Below are positions 8,305-15,842 of a stretch of 30,647 bases of DNA, piece by piece. A program made the position numbers and the translations under genes. Under the pieces are notes generated by a model. That model was not told the DNA's origin. It was given only the letters and a program-made list of their open reading frames with translations, and did not search any database. Every line of letters begins with the position of its first letter. Position 1 is the stretch's first letter. Source of the stretch: a virus; IMG/VR virus record IMGVR_UViG_3300029675_000035, one strand, 5' to 3'.

Positions 8305-8574
8305 TTATTTCCAGTGGAAGAAGCGGATGGTGATTGGGGTTGTCATGGTGAAGTCGTGTCCGTTGCCGTTGTTTATTTCGTGGATTGGTGTGGTTTCGAC
8401 TTCTTCGATGCCGTTGAGGAGTCCGTAGAGGTTGATGAAGGCGTTGTAGTCTTTGATGCCGATGTTGCCGTAGTTAATTTCCGGGTTGAGTCCGTCTTCG
8501 TCGAGGATGGTGCCGATTTTCGGTTGTTGTGTGATGAGTCTGATGATGGTGGCGAGGTATTTGACGGTTTCCAT
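8305..8574 (-). CDS. Hypothetical protein (89 aa) driven by the duplicated hairpin-promoter cassette
   Basis: ORF with RBS AAAGGAG (rc of 8582-8590). It has its own extended -10 promoter and is the last gene of the leftward arm. Confidence 0.65.
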   Translation of the reverse strand: METVKYLATIIRLITQQPKIGTILDEDGLNPEINYGNIGIKDYNAFINLYGLLNGIEEVETTPIHEINNGNGHDFTMTTPITIRFFHWK

Positions 8575-8621
8575 TGTGGTTGCTCCTTTGTGTTGGCCAA
8601 GCCTTTTTGCTTGATGTATTT

Positions 8622-8664
8622 AATATAGCATAATGCGGCGTGTTGCACGAATACGACACGCCGC
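8622..8664 (-). promoter_or_regulatory. Hairpin/operator plus extended -10 promoter cassette (copy B)
   Basis: Minus strand: GCGGCGTGT-12 nt-ACACGCCGC (8635-8643 / 8656-8664), followed by TGcTATATT (rc of 8622-8630). Confidence 0.6.
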
Positions 8665-8672
8665 AGGATGAG

Positions 8673-8999
8673 TCACTCGAAGAAGACGTCGCCGCCGAGC
8701 TCGGCATTGAGTCGCTGTCGGTATTCCTTGCGTGGGCGTCTCAACCCGTTTTCCCACATCATGATGATGGTCGGACTGGATACGTGGATCAGTTTGGCGA
8801 GTTCGGCTTGGGTGTACCCGTACCGGTTTCGCCAATATTTGAGCCGTTGAGTGGCTGCCGTCTGGGTTCTGATGAGGAGGTAACTGACCGGGGTGCGTTT
8901 CCCGTTGGGGAGGACGTGGTAGAAGGCTCCTGTATAGGGGTTCTGGTGTACTGTGATCGTTTTGCCTTTGATGGTGGCGGTGAATGGTTCCTTTGCCAT
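8673..8999 (-). CDS. XRE-family HTH transcriptional regulator with N-terminal extra domain
   Basis: C-terminal half RLKYWRNRYGYTQAELAKLIHVSSPTIIMMWENGLRRP is a typical XRE/Cro-CI HTH. RBS AAGGAA. Confidence 0.8.
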   Translation of the reverse strand: MAKEPFTATIKGKTITVHQNPYTGAFYHVLPNGKRTPVSYLLIRTQTAATQRLKYWRNRYGYTQAELAKLIHVSSPTIIMMWENGLRRPRKEYRQRLNAELGGDVFFE

Positions 9000-9006
9000 G
9001 GTTTCC

Positions 9007-9294
9007 TTACTTTCTTTCGTCTGGTGTCGTGGTGTCGAAGAGCTCTTGCATGAGTTCGTTGCCTTTTTTGGTGAGTTGCCATCTCCAGCATGGCCGGTTG
9101 TGTCTGCTGATGCCGTTTCGGTCGATGCGGTGGACGTGTCCGGACCGTTCGAGTTCGACCATGCGGCTTCTTAGGCTTTGCGGCGTGTCCTTGAATCCGA
9201 GCGTCGATGCTATTGAGGTCAGGTGTTCTTGTGTGATTGGTTCCTTGAATAGGTAGAGGATGGTGGCGACGTGTAGGCGTGGGGTGTTGTTCAT
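9007..9294 (-). CDS. Winged-helix (MarR/ArsR-like) DNA-binding protein
   Basis: Start chosen at MNNTPRLHVATILYLF... (rc of cat at 9292-9294, ATGA overlap with the upstream gene). The motif ...ITQEHLTSIASTLGFKDTPQSLRSRMVELERSGHVHRIDRNG... is wHTH-like. The upstream part of track ORF 9007..9618 is Arg/His/Pro-rich junk. Confidence 0.65.
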   Translation of the reverse strand: MNNTPRLHVATILYLFKEPITQEHLTSIASTLGFKDTPQSLRSRMVELERSGHVHRIDRNGISRHNRPCWRWQLTKKGNELMQELFDTTTPDERK

Positions 9295-9629
9295 TGGATT
9301 CTGCTTTCTGCTTGGTGTCGGTAGTATGCGGCTATTGCTGTGGAGGCTGCCAATCCGGCGAGCCATTTGATGCCGAAGCGGATGTGGGAGGCTTTCGCTG
9401 TTATTGTCCATGTGGGGAGTGTCATGTATGGGCTGAGGCACCATCCGCAGTGGGCGAGCGTCCCGAGGCTGCGGGTGAGGTCGTTGTCCGATGTTTCGGT
9501 TTTGCTTGTGAGTTTGTTCCGAAGCTTGGCGAAGACGTAGTCGGGGCCGGGGGAGAGTTGCGTTATTGTGGTGGCGTATCCGGCTGTGAGTCCTGTGGTG
9601 AGGACCGCGGTCCACCATTCGGTTTTCAT
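9291..9629 (-). CDS. Membrane protein with CGWC motif (possibly DUF1360-like)
   Basis: 112 aa with hydrophobic N- and C-terminal helices and a central HCGWCLSPY. It is translationally coupled to the next gene. Confidence 0.55.
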   Translation of the reverse strand: MKTEWWTAVLTTGLTAGYATTITQLSPGPDYVFAKLRNKLTSKTETSDNDLTRSLGTLAHCGWCLSPYMTLPTWTITAKASHIRFGIKWLAGLAASTAIAAYYRHQAESRIQ

Positions 9630-9670
9630 TTTGTTGTCCTTTCGTTATTGTTGATGGGTTCGGTTGGGGT

Positions 9671-9913
9671 TTAGTGGATTTTTCCGTCGAATAATACCAG
9701 GGGGTATTTGATTGGTTTGTTCTGGTTTTTCGCTATGGTGCGGATGACGGTTGCGGTGGGGCTGCCGGATGATACGACTCGGAGTTGTTTCTGCATGTGT
9801 TGTGCTGCTGTGCGGCATGTGTCGAGGAATGCTGCGTCTTCTGGTTTGCATGTGGGGCAGCCGTCGAAGAGTACGTATATGTCGGGGCTGGTGAGGAGGG
9901 TGTCGATTGTCAT
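9671..9913 (-). CDS. Glutaredoxin/NrdH-like thioredoxin-fold protein
   Basis: 80 aa with an N-terminal beta strand followed by CPTC (YVLFDGCPTCK), and a C-terminal YPLVLFDGKIH typical of the Grx fold. Confidence 0.65.
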   Translation of the reverse strand: MTIDTLLTSPDIYVLFDGCPTCKPEDAAFLDTCRTAAQHMQKQLRVVSSGSPTATVIRTIAKNQNKPIKYPLVLFDGKIH

Positions 9914-10815
9914 TAGAATGATGCTCCTGTTGTTTCGGTGATGGTGTCGATGATGTGTAATACGTTGAGTTGTTTGCGTTTGTGGTCGGCGATGAGTGGT
10001 TTGATGTCCTTTCTGTGGATGGGGATGATTTGGTGTCGTGCGTCACCGTAGACTCGTGGGTCGTACATGCTGAAGTAGAGGGTTTCGAGTGTGTCGCAGA
10101 CGACGAAGTATTGGAGTGCTTGGGCTCGGTATGGGTCGGGGATGAAGTCCATGCCGGTGGCGTTGAGGCTTGTGGTTGTTGCGGGGAGTACTTGTGCGGC
10201 TGCGCCGGCGAGGTTGTCGGGGAGGGTGTGGTGTCGGATGAGTTGTGCGTGGATCATCCATGGGATGACGGCTTTGAGGTGGTAGGCGCTGCTTAGGCTT
10301 TTGCATTCGATGGCCCATGTTGGGTTTTTGGATGCTTGGTAGGCGTCTGGACTGCATGCGATTCGGTTGTCTTCGTCGCTTTCCCAGATGCCGCAGTCGG
10401 TGATGCAGTCTTTTTGCTGGTATCCGAGTTGTTGGAGGGTGAGGCGGATGTTTTCCGGTTCGAGCCTGTAGCCGCGTTCCATGGGGTTTTCTCCGTCTGG
10501 TTGTTCGGCCATGGTTTCGGAGAGGAATTTCCAGAAGTCGATGCCGACTTTGAGGCGTTTGTTTTTTGTTTCGGTTTCGGTGAGTAGTTCGTCGTATTTT
10601 AGTGCTGTCCGGTAGTGTTCTTCGGTTTCGTCTTTTGTTGTTGCTTCTTTTGATTGTTTGAGTGCTTTGTCTCGGTATTCGAGGATTTTTTTGGTGTCGG
10701 TTTGCCGGTAGTGGTCTAGGGCTAGGCCGCCGCTTTTGGTGCCGGTGATGCGGCCTAGGCGTTCGTTGAGCCATGCGTTGGTGTTGTTGGCTTGTGATAG
10801 GTTGATGGTTTTCAT
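9913..10815 (-). CDS. YqaJ/lambda-exonuclease-like PD-(D/E)XK recombination exonuclease
   Basis: Start at MKTINLSQ... (cat at 10813-10815) after GGGAAGGA. Motifs: WLNERLGRITGTKSG, SPDAY...WAIECKS (D..ExK). It lies adjacent to erf. The track ORF to 10938 is over-extended across a terminator and promoter. Confidence 0.7.
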   Translation of the reverse strand: MKTINLSQANNTNAWLNERLGRITGTKSGGLALDHYRQTDTKKILEYRDKALKQSKEATTKDETEEHYRTALKYDELLTETETKNKRLKVGIDFWKFLSETMAEQPDGENPMERGYRLEPENIRLTLQQLGYQQKDCITDCGIWESDEDNRIACSPDAYQASKNPTWAIECKSLSSAYHLKAVIPWMIHAQLIRHHTLPDNLAGAAAQVLPATTTSLNATGMDFIPDPYRAQALQYFVVCDTLETLYFSMYDPRVYGDARHQIIPIHRKDIKPLIADHKRKQLNVLHIIDTITETTGASF

Positions 10816-10846
10816 TGTCGGTCCTTCCCTTGAGGTTGATATCTTT

Positions 10847-10888
10847 ATTATATCTCTTATGTGGGTGGGGGTGGTAGTCGGCGTGTCG
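10847..10888 (-). promoter_or_regulatory. Promoter (GATATAAT) with upstream CGACACGCCG-type motif
   Basis: Minus strand TATAAT is the rc of 10847-10852. The 10-mer CGGCGTGTCG is on the plus strand at 10879-10888. Confidence 0.5.
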
Positions 10889-10899
10889 CATCCCCGATA

Positions 10900-10930
10900 T
10901 GAGAAAGACCCCGGTGGTTGGTCGGGGTCT
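10900..10930 (-). terminator. Intrinsic terminator after erf
   Basis: Minus strand AGACCCCG-9 nt-CGGGGTCT followed by TTTCTC (stems 10906-10913 / 10923-10930). Confidence 0.6.
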
Positions 10931-10934
10931 TGTG

Positions 10935-11528
10935 TCACATTCTGTTGATGGCGTCCATGAGTTTGGTCAGGTCGGATTGGGTGATTCCTCGCCAGCCTTT
11001 GACGGGCCGATTCAGGGTGCCTGAGATGAATTCGCCGCGTGCTTCGCTGGGGATGGCGTGTGTGTCCATGGCTTTGACGAGCGTGGCGTACTGGTCTGCT
11101 CCTATCGGCTTGTCTGCGGTTTCGTACTGCTGTCGGGCGTAATTCCCGTCGTCGTCCTTGTCTGGGAAGATGCCGAGTATGGTGGTGAGACTGTAGCGTC
11201 GTGCGTAGGTGATGGCGCTGCCGACCTGTTGTGGGTCACCCGTGATGAAGAATGGGTATTCGCAGACTGTCATCTGGTCGGTGTCGTCGAAGATGATGGT
11301 CTCGATGGTGCCGAGGGTCTGGCGTCCGTCTCCTGACCCGTCGAAGGTCACTTTTTGGGTGAACGCGAGCCCATGCTTTGCGAAGATCGGTTTGATGTTC
11401 TTGAGGAGCGTGGCGAGGTTGAGGTACTTGTAGGTGCGGCTTCCGGCGTTGGCGGTTTCGTCGGTGCTGAAGTTCGGGACTTCGTTGAGGACTTCGGCGA
11501 ATTTCCGGTTGAGGTTGTTGTTTTCCAT
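10935..11528 (-). CDS. erf: ERF-family single-strand annealing recombinase
   Basis: 197 aa. ...YKYLNLATLLKNIKPIFAKHGLAFTQ...GSAITYARRYSLTTILGI... matches the Erf superfamily signature region. Confidence 0.8.
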   Translation of the reverse strand: MENNNLNRKFAEVLNEVPNFSTDETANAGSRTYKYLNLATLLKNIKPIFAKHGLAFTQKVTFDGSGDGRQTLGTIETIIFDDTDQMTVCEYPFFITGDPQQVGSAITYARRYSLTTILGIFPDKDDDGNYARQQYETADKPIGADQYATLVKAMDTHAIPSEARGEFISGTLNRPVKGWRGITQSDLTKLMDAINRM

Positions 11529-11555
11529 TTGTGGTCCCTTTTGTGGTGTTGGCTG

Positions 11556-11909
11556 TCAGTGCTTGTAGATTGGGTAGACGATGGTCATTGGTGTTGTTTC
11601 GGTTACGTTGTTGTAGACGGTTTCGAGGGTTTCCATGCCTCCGATGTTGTAGGCCTGCGTGTAGAAGTCGATTCGTTCCGGATTGTTTTTGGCGAGCGTG
11701 TAGAGGTAGCATGCCCATTCCGCGTTATGGTCCCATTCGTAGTCTTCGAAGGCTTGGGAGTAGTCGTCGAGGGTGACGTATTTGTGGTCTCCGACGTGGT
11801 AGATGATGCCTTTTGGTGTGTGGTTGGTGTCGTAGTGGCTTTTTTGGTCGAGGCGGACGTCGATGGTGTGGATCATTGTTTTGACTTCGTCGGTGGTGAC
11901 GGTGTTCAT
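11556..11909 (-). CDS. Hypothetical acidic protein (117 aa) driven by the duplicated hairpin-promoter cassette
   Basis: ORF with RBS AAGGAG. The promoter cassette is nearly identical to the one at 8622-8664. The C-terminal ...NNVTETTPMTIVYPIYKH resembles ...TMTTPITIRFFHWK of 8305..8574. Confidence 0.65.
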   Translation of the reverse strand: MNTVTTDEVKTMIHTIDVRLDQKSHYDTNHTPKGIIYHVGDHKYVTLDDYSQAFEDYEWDHNAEWACYLYTLAKNNPERIDFYTQAYNIGGMETLETVYNNVTETTPMTIVYPIYKH

Positions 11910-11957
11910 TGGTTTGCTCCTTCTTGTGTGTCGCCAAGCTCTTTGCTTGATACATCC

Positions 11958-11999
11958 AATATATCACAATGCGGCGTGCGTTCAAACGCGACACGCCGC
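11958..11999 (-). promoter_or_regulatory. Hairpin/operator plus extended -10 promoter cassette (copy A)
   Basis: Minus strand GCGGCGTG...CACGCCGC (11971-11978 / 11992-11999), followed by TGaTATATT (rc of 11958-11966). Confidence 0.6.
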
Positions 12000-12055
12000 A
12001 AAGTTGATTGTTGCCTATCGTTTCCTATAGGAGATGAGTACCGTGAGTGCGAGGA

Positions 12056-12226
12056 TCAACATTGCGAGGACGCCATTATTCGTTCCCATGCCTTGTCCTT
12101 CTCGTATTGTTTGATGACGGCTTCAATCTCCGGTTTGCAACATTGGGGGATGAGTGGGGCGAATTCGTCGACGGTCAGGCCGTCTTCATGCCATTTGATG
12201 ATCTGGTTCTTCAGTGTTCTCTTCAT
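12056..12226 (-). CDS. Hypothetical small protein (56 aa); not in the ORF track
   Basis: Hand translation: MKRTLKNQIIKWHEDGLTVDEFAPLIPQCCKPEIEAVIKQYEKDKAWERIMASSQC*. The start overlaps the upstream stop (TAATG). Third positions are C/A-rich like neighbouring leftward genes. Confidence 0.5.
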   Translation of the reverse strand: MKRTLKNQIIKWHEDGLTVDEFAPLIPQCCKPEIEAVIKQYEKDKAWERIMASSQC

Positions 12227-12402
12227 TAGTGGTTCTTTCTGATTGCCGAATAGAATCCGGAGCTTTCCTGGTGGACTTGTCGGACGGTGTCTTCGTCCAT
12301 GTCGAGGATTTTGGCGGTCTTTTCGACCGACTGGTCGAGGTCGAAGAGGTAGTGTTCGATCAGGAGCCGGTCGAGTGGGATGTCATGGAGCTTGTGTATC
12401 AT
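12226..12402 (-). CDS. Small HTH protein (sigma-70 region-4 / RinA-ArpU-like)
   Basis: 58 aa: MIHKLHDIPLDRLLIEHYLFDLDQSVEKTAKILDMDEDTVRQVHQESSGFYSAIRKNH. It is coupled (ATGA) to the DUF3310 gene. The N-terminal part of track ORF 12226..12699 is junk. Confidence 0.55.
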   Translation of the reverse strand: MIHKLHDIPLDRLLIEHYLFDLDQSVEKTAKILDMDEDTVRQVHQESSGFYSAIRKNH

Positions 12403-12755
12403 TTGTTTTCCTCCTTTATCATCGTGTCGAGCGCGTTTAACACGGCATGCCATTCGTTTTTCAGTAGTCCGTACCATGCTGCGGATTCGTATCCGACCGT
12501 GGTTTCGACGAGGCGTAGCAGTATCTTCCTGCAGTGTCCGATGTTGAGGTCGACCTGTTCCTGCATCGTCGAGGCTCTGTGCGCGTACCATCGTGCTTTC
12601 CTGAGGTCTTCCAGCGGTGTTCCTTTGTCGTTGTACCTCCATAGGTATTTGATGACGTTGCCGGTGCAGAAGGTCTGGTATTGGGTGATGTCGATGCATT
12701 CGTATCCGATATTGCGGTCGTTGTAATGCGTGGGATGGTTGATGTTGTCTGTCAT
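12399..12755 (-). CDS. DUF3310-family protein
   Basis: Start at MTDNINHPTHY (cat at 12753-12755). NHPTHYN...IECIDIT...GNVIKYLWRYNDKGTPLEDLRKARWY matches the DUF3310 pattern. Confidence 0.7.
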   Translation of the reverse strand: MTDNINHPTHYNDRNIGYECIDITQYQTFCTGNVIKYLWRYNDKGTPLEDLRKARWYAHRASTMQEQVDLNIGHCRKILLRLVETTVGYESAAWYGLLKNEWHAVLNALDTMIKEENK

Positions 12756-13189
12756 TTGTTTTCCTTTGCTTCTTTTGCGGCTTTGGCCTTTGCTCGTCGG
12801 ATGCGGGCTCGTTCCCTTTGTTTCCGTGTGTATTCGGCTTTTTGTTCGGGGGTCATGGCGTGGTAGCGGGCTTTTTGTTTGGCGAGCATTTTTTCTCGCC
12901 ATTCGCTGTCGGTATGGTAGCGTGTCTTGGCTGTCTCTCTCTTTTTTTTGAGGGTTTTTGGCTTGCTGTGGTATTCTTTCTGTTTTGCCATGTATTGTTC
13001 GGCGTGTTCTTCTCTCCATTTCTTGTTTGCTTCGGCGCGTTCTTCTTTGTGGCGGTGGTAGTAGCGGTAGTCGCTGATTTTGCGTCGTTCTTTGGGTGAT
13101 GGCTGGCTGCTGCGCATTTCGTTGATCCAGTCCATCATGTCCTGGTCGTTGAGGTCGACGATGACGGGTTCTTTTGTTTTTCTGCCCAT
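12752..13189 (-). CDS. Highly charged Lys/Arg/Glu-rich protein with recurring Y/W-spaced helical repeats
   Basis: 145 aa with an ATGA overlap to the next gene. Recurring ...YYHRHKEERAEANKKWREEHAEQY...KTRYHTDSEWREKMLAKQKARYH... suggests a nucleic-acid-binding helical protein. Function unknown. Confidence 0.6.
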   Translation of the reverse strand: MGRKTKEPVIVDLNDQDMMDWINEMRSSQPSPKERRKISDYRYYHRHKEERAEANKKWREEHAEQYMAKQKEYHSKPKTLKKKRETAKTRYHTDSEWREKMLAKQKARYHAMTPEQKAEYTRKQRERARIRRAKAKAAKEAKENK

Positions 13190-13206
13190 TGTGTTCCTTT
13201 TTCTTT

Positions 13207-13494
13207 TTAGAAGCAGAATGCGATGATGGTCGCGAGTTCTTCTGTGGTGATGTTCAGGTCGTTTTTGTTGAACAGTGTGCTGGTTGCGAGTGCGGTTCCT
13301 TTTTCGTTGAATAAGACCATGTCGATCAGGCCGTCTTCGACTGGTGTGATGTGCAGTTTCCTGGTTGAGCCGTGTTTGGTTATTTCGTATGAGGTCTCGT
13401 CGCAGAGGTCGATGGTTTCGACCGTGTAGGTTTCCTCGGTGGTGGCTAGCGCGGTGGAAATTTCGGTGGCGAATTGTTCGATGTTGAGGTTCAT
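13207..13494 (-). CDS. Hypothetical strongly acidic protein (95 aa)
   Basis: ORF with RBS (rc of ttcctttttt). Many D/E/T residues and few basic residues. Confidence 0.6.
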   Translation of the reverse strand: MNLNIEQFATEISTALATTEETYTVETIDLCDETSYEITKHGSTRKLHITPVEDGLIDMVLFNEKGTALATSTLFNKNDLNITTEELATIIAFCF

Positions 13495-13519
13495 TTTTGT
13501 TTCCTTTTTTGTATGTTGT

Positions 13520-13816
13520 TTAGAGGCGGTTTTTGATGTCGGTGAAGATGTCGTCGAGGGTTAGGTCCGGTGGTTCGAGGTCCCAATGGTATACTTCACT
13601 GTCTGTGTCGGGGTCGTCTCCGTCGGCCCATACGAGCACGATGAACGTGTTATCGCGTTTGCTTGGGGCGATTTGCATGATGTGGTCGGAACCGTCTTTG
13701 CTGATTAGGATGCCGTGGGTCCTACCGTGGTCATTGATGGATGTCACGTCGTATTCGTATGGTAGACATCCGTTGAGGACGCAGAATAGGTTTCGGATGT
13801 TGTTCTTGTTACTCAT
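13520..13816 (-). CDS. Hypothetical acidic protein (98 aa)
   Basis: Start at MSNKNNIRNLF (cat at 13814-13816) after GAAAAGGAAAA. The longer track ORF would run into its own promoter (TATAGT, rc near 13871-13880). Confidence 0.6.
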   Translation of the reverse strand: MSNKNNIRNLFCVLNGCLPYEYDVTSINDHGRTHGILISKDGSDHIMQIAPSKRDNTFIVLVWADGDDPDTDSEVYHWDLEPPDLTLDDIFTDIKNRL

Positions 13817-13952
13817 TTTGGTTTTCCTTTTCTGTTTGGTGGCTTGGTGTTTTCCTTGCCTGATATCTAACACTATACCCACAATCGTGATGTGACACGC
13901 TGAGGGGGATGAAAAAAGGCGGCGCGCTTTTATATGTGTCGCCTTGGTGTCA

Positions 13953-14798
13953 TTAGAGGCCGAGGAGGTTTCTCAGGCCCGTTGAATCTTCTCGGGACTT
14001 CCTCTTCCTTCTGTCCATGTTTTTGACTTCGACCGGGAAGCACATTTCGACGATGCGGCTGTAGATGCGCTGCTTGTCGGTGTTCGGCTGGTTCATCATT
14101 TCCTCTTTGGAGAGATTGGTTGTGAGGATGAGCGGTTTGCCGCTCCGATACCGTGCGTCGATGATGTTGAAGATCATTTCGTGCATGAACGACGTGTCGC
14201 GTTCCGCGGCCAGATCGTCGATGACCAGTAGGTCCAGCCGGTTTAAGTCGTCGAGGTAACGCTGTTTGCCGTCGAACATTCCTTGGAGTGTGTTTGTGAT
14301 TCGTGCGAAGTTGGTTACGAGGCACGGGCGGCCTTGGTTGATGAGCTCGTTGGCGATGGCTGCGGCGAGGAAGGTCTTGCCGCTGCCGACCGGACCGTAG
14401 AACAGCAGTCCTTTGCCGTGTTTCTTCATTTCTGGGAAGTTTTCGACGTATTTGTGTGCGATGTCGGAGGCTGTCTTGTTTGTTCCGTCGTCGCTGGCGA
14501 AGGTCCAGTTGGCTATTTCCGTGTCGGGGAAGCCGAGTTTGCGGAGTCGGTTTACTTCGATGCGGAGGTCTCGCGCCTGGCGTGCTTGTTCTTCGGCGTC
14601 ATGGCGTTCGCGTTCGCAGTCGCAGGATGTGTACGGTTTCTTTTCCTTGCCGTCCCAGGATGCGGTGAAGCGGCATTGTTTTGGTGTGTGGCATTTTCCG
14701 CACATGAGGAGGCCGTCTTCGTTGAGGTAGTCGCCTTTTTTGTAGTGGCTGTCTTGGTTTGCTTCGGAGACCATGTTTTCGATGATATTGGTTTCCAT
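13953..14798 (-). CDS. DnaC/IstB-like AAA+ helicase loader with N-terminal Cys-rich (zinc-finger-like) region
   Basis: Walker A GPVGSGKT and Walker B LLVIDDL. N-terminal CGKCHTPKQC...CDCERE. Confidence 0.85.
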   Translation of the reverse strand: METNIIENMVSEANQDSHYKKGDYLNEDGLLMCGKCHTPKQCRFTASWDGKEKKPYTSCDCERERHDAEEQARQARDLRIEVNRLRKLGFPDTEIANWTFASDDGTNKTASDIAHKYVENFPEMKKHGKGLLFYGPVGSGKTFLAAAIANELINQGRPCLVTNFARITNTLQGMFDGKQRYLDDLNRLDLLVIDDLAAERDTSFMHEMIFNIIDARYRSGKPLILTTNLSKEEMMNQPNTDKQRIYSRIVEMCFPVEVKNMDRRKRKSREDSTGLRNLLGL

Positions 14799-14903
14799 TG
14801 TGGTTCCTTTCTGTTATCTGCGACAATGTTATCTCACGTGTTGCCGGCATTGTGTTACCGGCGTGTCGTGTTTTGCGTGTGGTCGATGTCTGCTTATTGT
14901 GCG

Positions 14904-15728
14904 TCACCATCCGACGGTGCAGCTGGGTTCTTCGTCGTCTCTCATGGGAGCGCAATAGGGTGACTGGCCGTTGTAGCTGTCGTACTGGTTGGAGTTGTTG
15001 TACCGGTTGCTTTGCGGTGTCGCATTGGTGTTGAGGTAGCCTTCGAACTTGTTGCCGAAGAGGATGTCCGGGCGGAGGAATTGGGCCATTTTCGGGTTGC
15101 CTACCCATTCCGTGGCCTTCTTGTCGATGACCAGCTTCATGTCCTCGACGGTGAAGCCTTCCTTGAGGCGGGCTTTGATGAGTTTGCGAGTGGCTGCGGT
15201 GGTGGCCTTGTACTTCGTTCCGAGCCTGTGGTTCAGATGGTTTACGACTTCTTCGGTGGGGTCTGGCTCCTTCGGCTGTATCGGGGCCTGCGGCTCTGGG
15301 ATGAGCGGCTGCGGTTCGTAGGTCGGCGTCTGGAATCGTTCCGGTATTGCGTTCGTGGTGCTGGCCCATGGGTCCTGTGCCGGGGCCTGTGTGGCTGCTG
15401 GGGATTGTGTGGCTGCGGGAGCCGGCGTGGCTGTGGAGGTTGGATAGATGGCGACGTAGTCGACGAGTCGGTTGCCGTAGTCGTCCGTGTGGGGGTATTT
15501 GGCTAAGAGGCCTTTGTCGATGAGTGAGCCGAGTGATCTGTCGACGGTGTCCAGCGAGCATCCGCACCAGTCGGCGATGTATTTGCGGCTGCCGGTGAAT
15601 CTTGATCGGCCGTCTTGTGAGAAGCCGTAGATGAGCGCGTAGATGAGGAGTGCGTTGCCTTTGAGGTTGAGCTGGGTGCGCATCCATCCTTGGATTGCGA
15701 TGAAGTTATTGTCTTTTACTGCTGACAT
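14904..15728 (-). CDS. Replisome organiser / replication initiator (N-terminal wHTH, C-terminal DnaD/Phg_2220_C-like domain)
   Basis: Start at MSAVKDNNFIAIQGWM (cat at 15726-15728). The C-terminus VVNHLNHRLGTKYKATTAATRKLIKARLKEGFTVEDMKLVIDKKATEWVGNPKMAQFLRPDILFGNKFEGYLN matches the conserved phage replication C-terminal domain. A Pro/Ala/Thr/Gln-rich linker separates the domains. Confidence 0.8.
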   Translation of the reverse strand: MSAVKDNNFIAIQGWMRTQLNLKGNALLIYALIYGFSQDGRSRFTGSRKYIADWCGCSLDTVDRSLGSLIDKGLLAKYPHTDDYGNRLVDYVAIYPTSTATPAPAATQSPAATQAPAQDPWASTTNAIPERFQTPTYEPQPLIPEPQAPIQPKEPDPTEEVVNHLNHRLGTKYKATTAATRKLIKARLKEGFTVEDMKLVIDKKATEWVGNPKMAQFLRPDILFGNKFEGYLNTNATPQSNRYNNSNQYDSYNGQSPYCAPMRDDEEPSCTVGW

Positions 15729-15842
15729 GATGTTTCCCCCGGAAAAAGTGAATCCCACTGACTGCTACCGTCTCCTACCCGGTGGCAATCAATGGGATTC
15801 GTACCATGCAAGTTATGCTCTCCACATGAGTGGTAGGAGTCC

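Noticed and set aside
12015-12089. A 24-aa minus-strand mini-ORF, MGTNNGVLAMLILALTVLISYRKR (one TM helix), overlapping the 3' end of 12056..12226.
   Set aside because: It is too short to support from sequence alone and has no clear RBS. I note only that its ...YRKR* ending resembles the C-terminus of 18608..18832. It is not reported as a feature.
14599-15687. Long minus-strand off-frame ORFs in the early arm: 14599..15687, 10043..10891, 9645..10046, 11236..11718, 13930..14325, 6283..6807 and 7567..8208.
   Set aside because: This is the same compositional artefact (the minus strand is T-poor in this half). The products are Arg/His/Pro/Thr-rich and overlap genes with clear motifs (DnaC-like loader, organiser, exonuclease, Erf, amidase).
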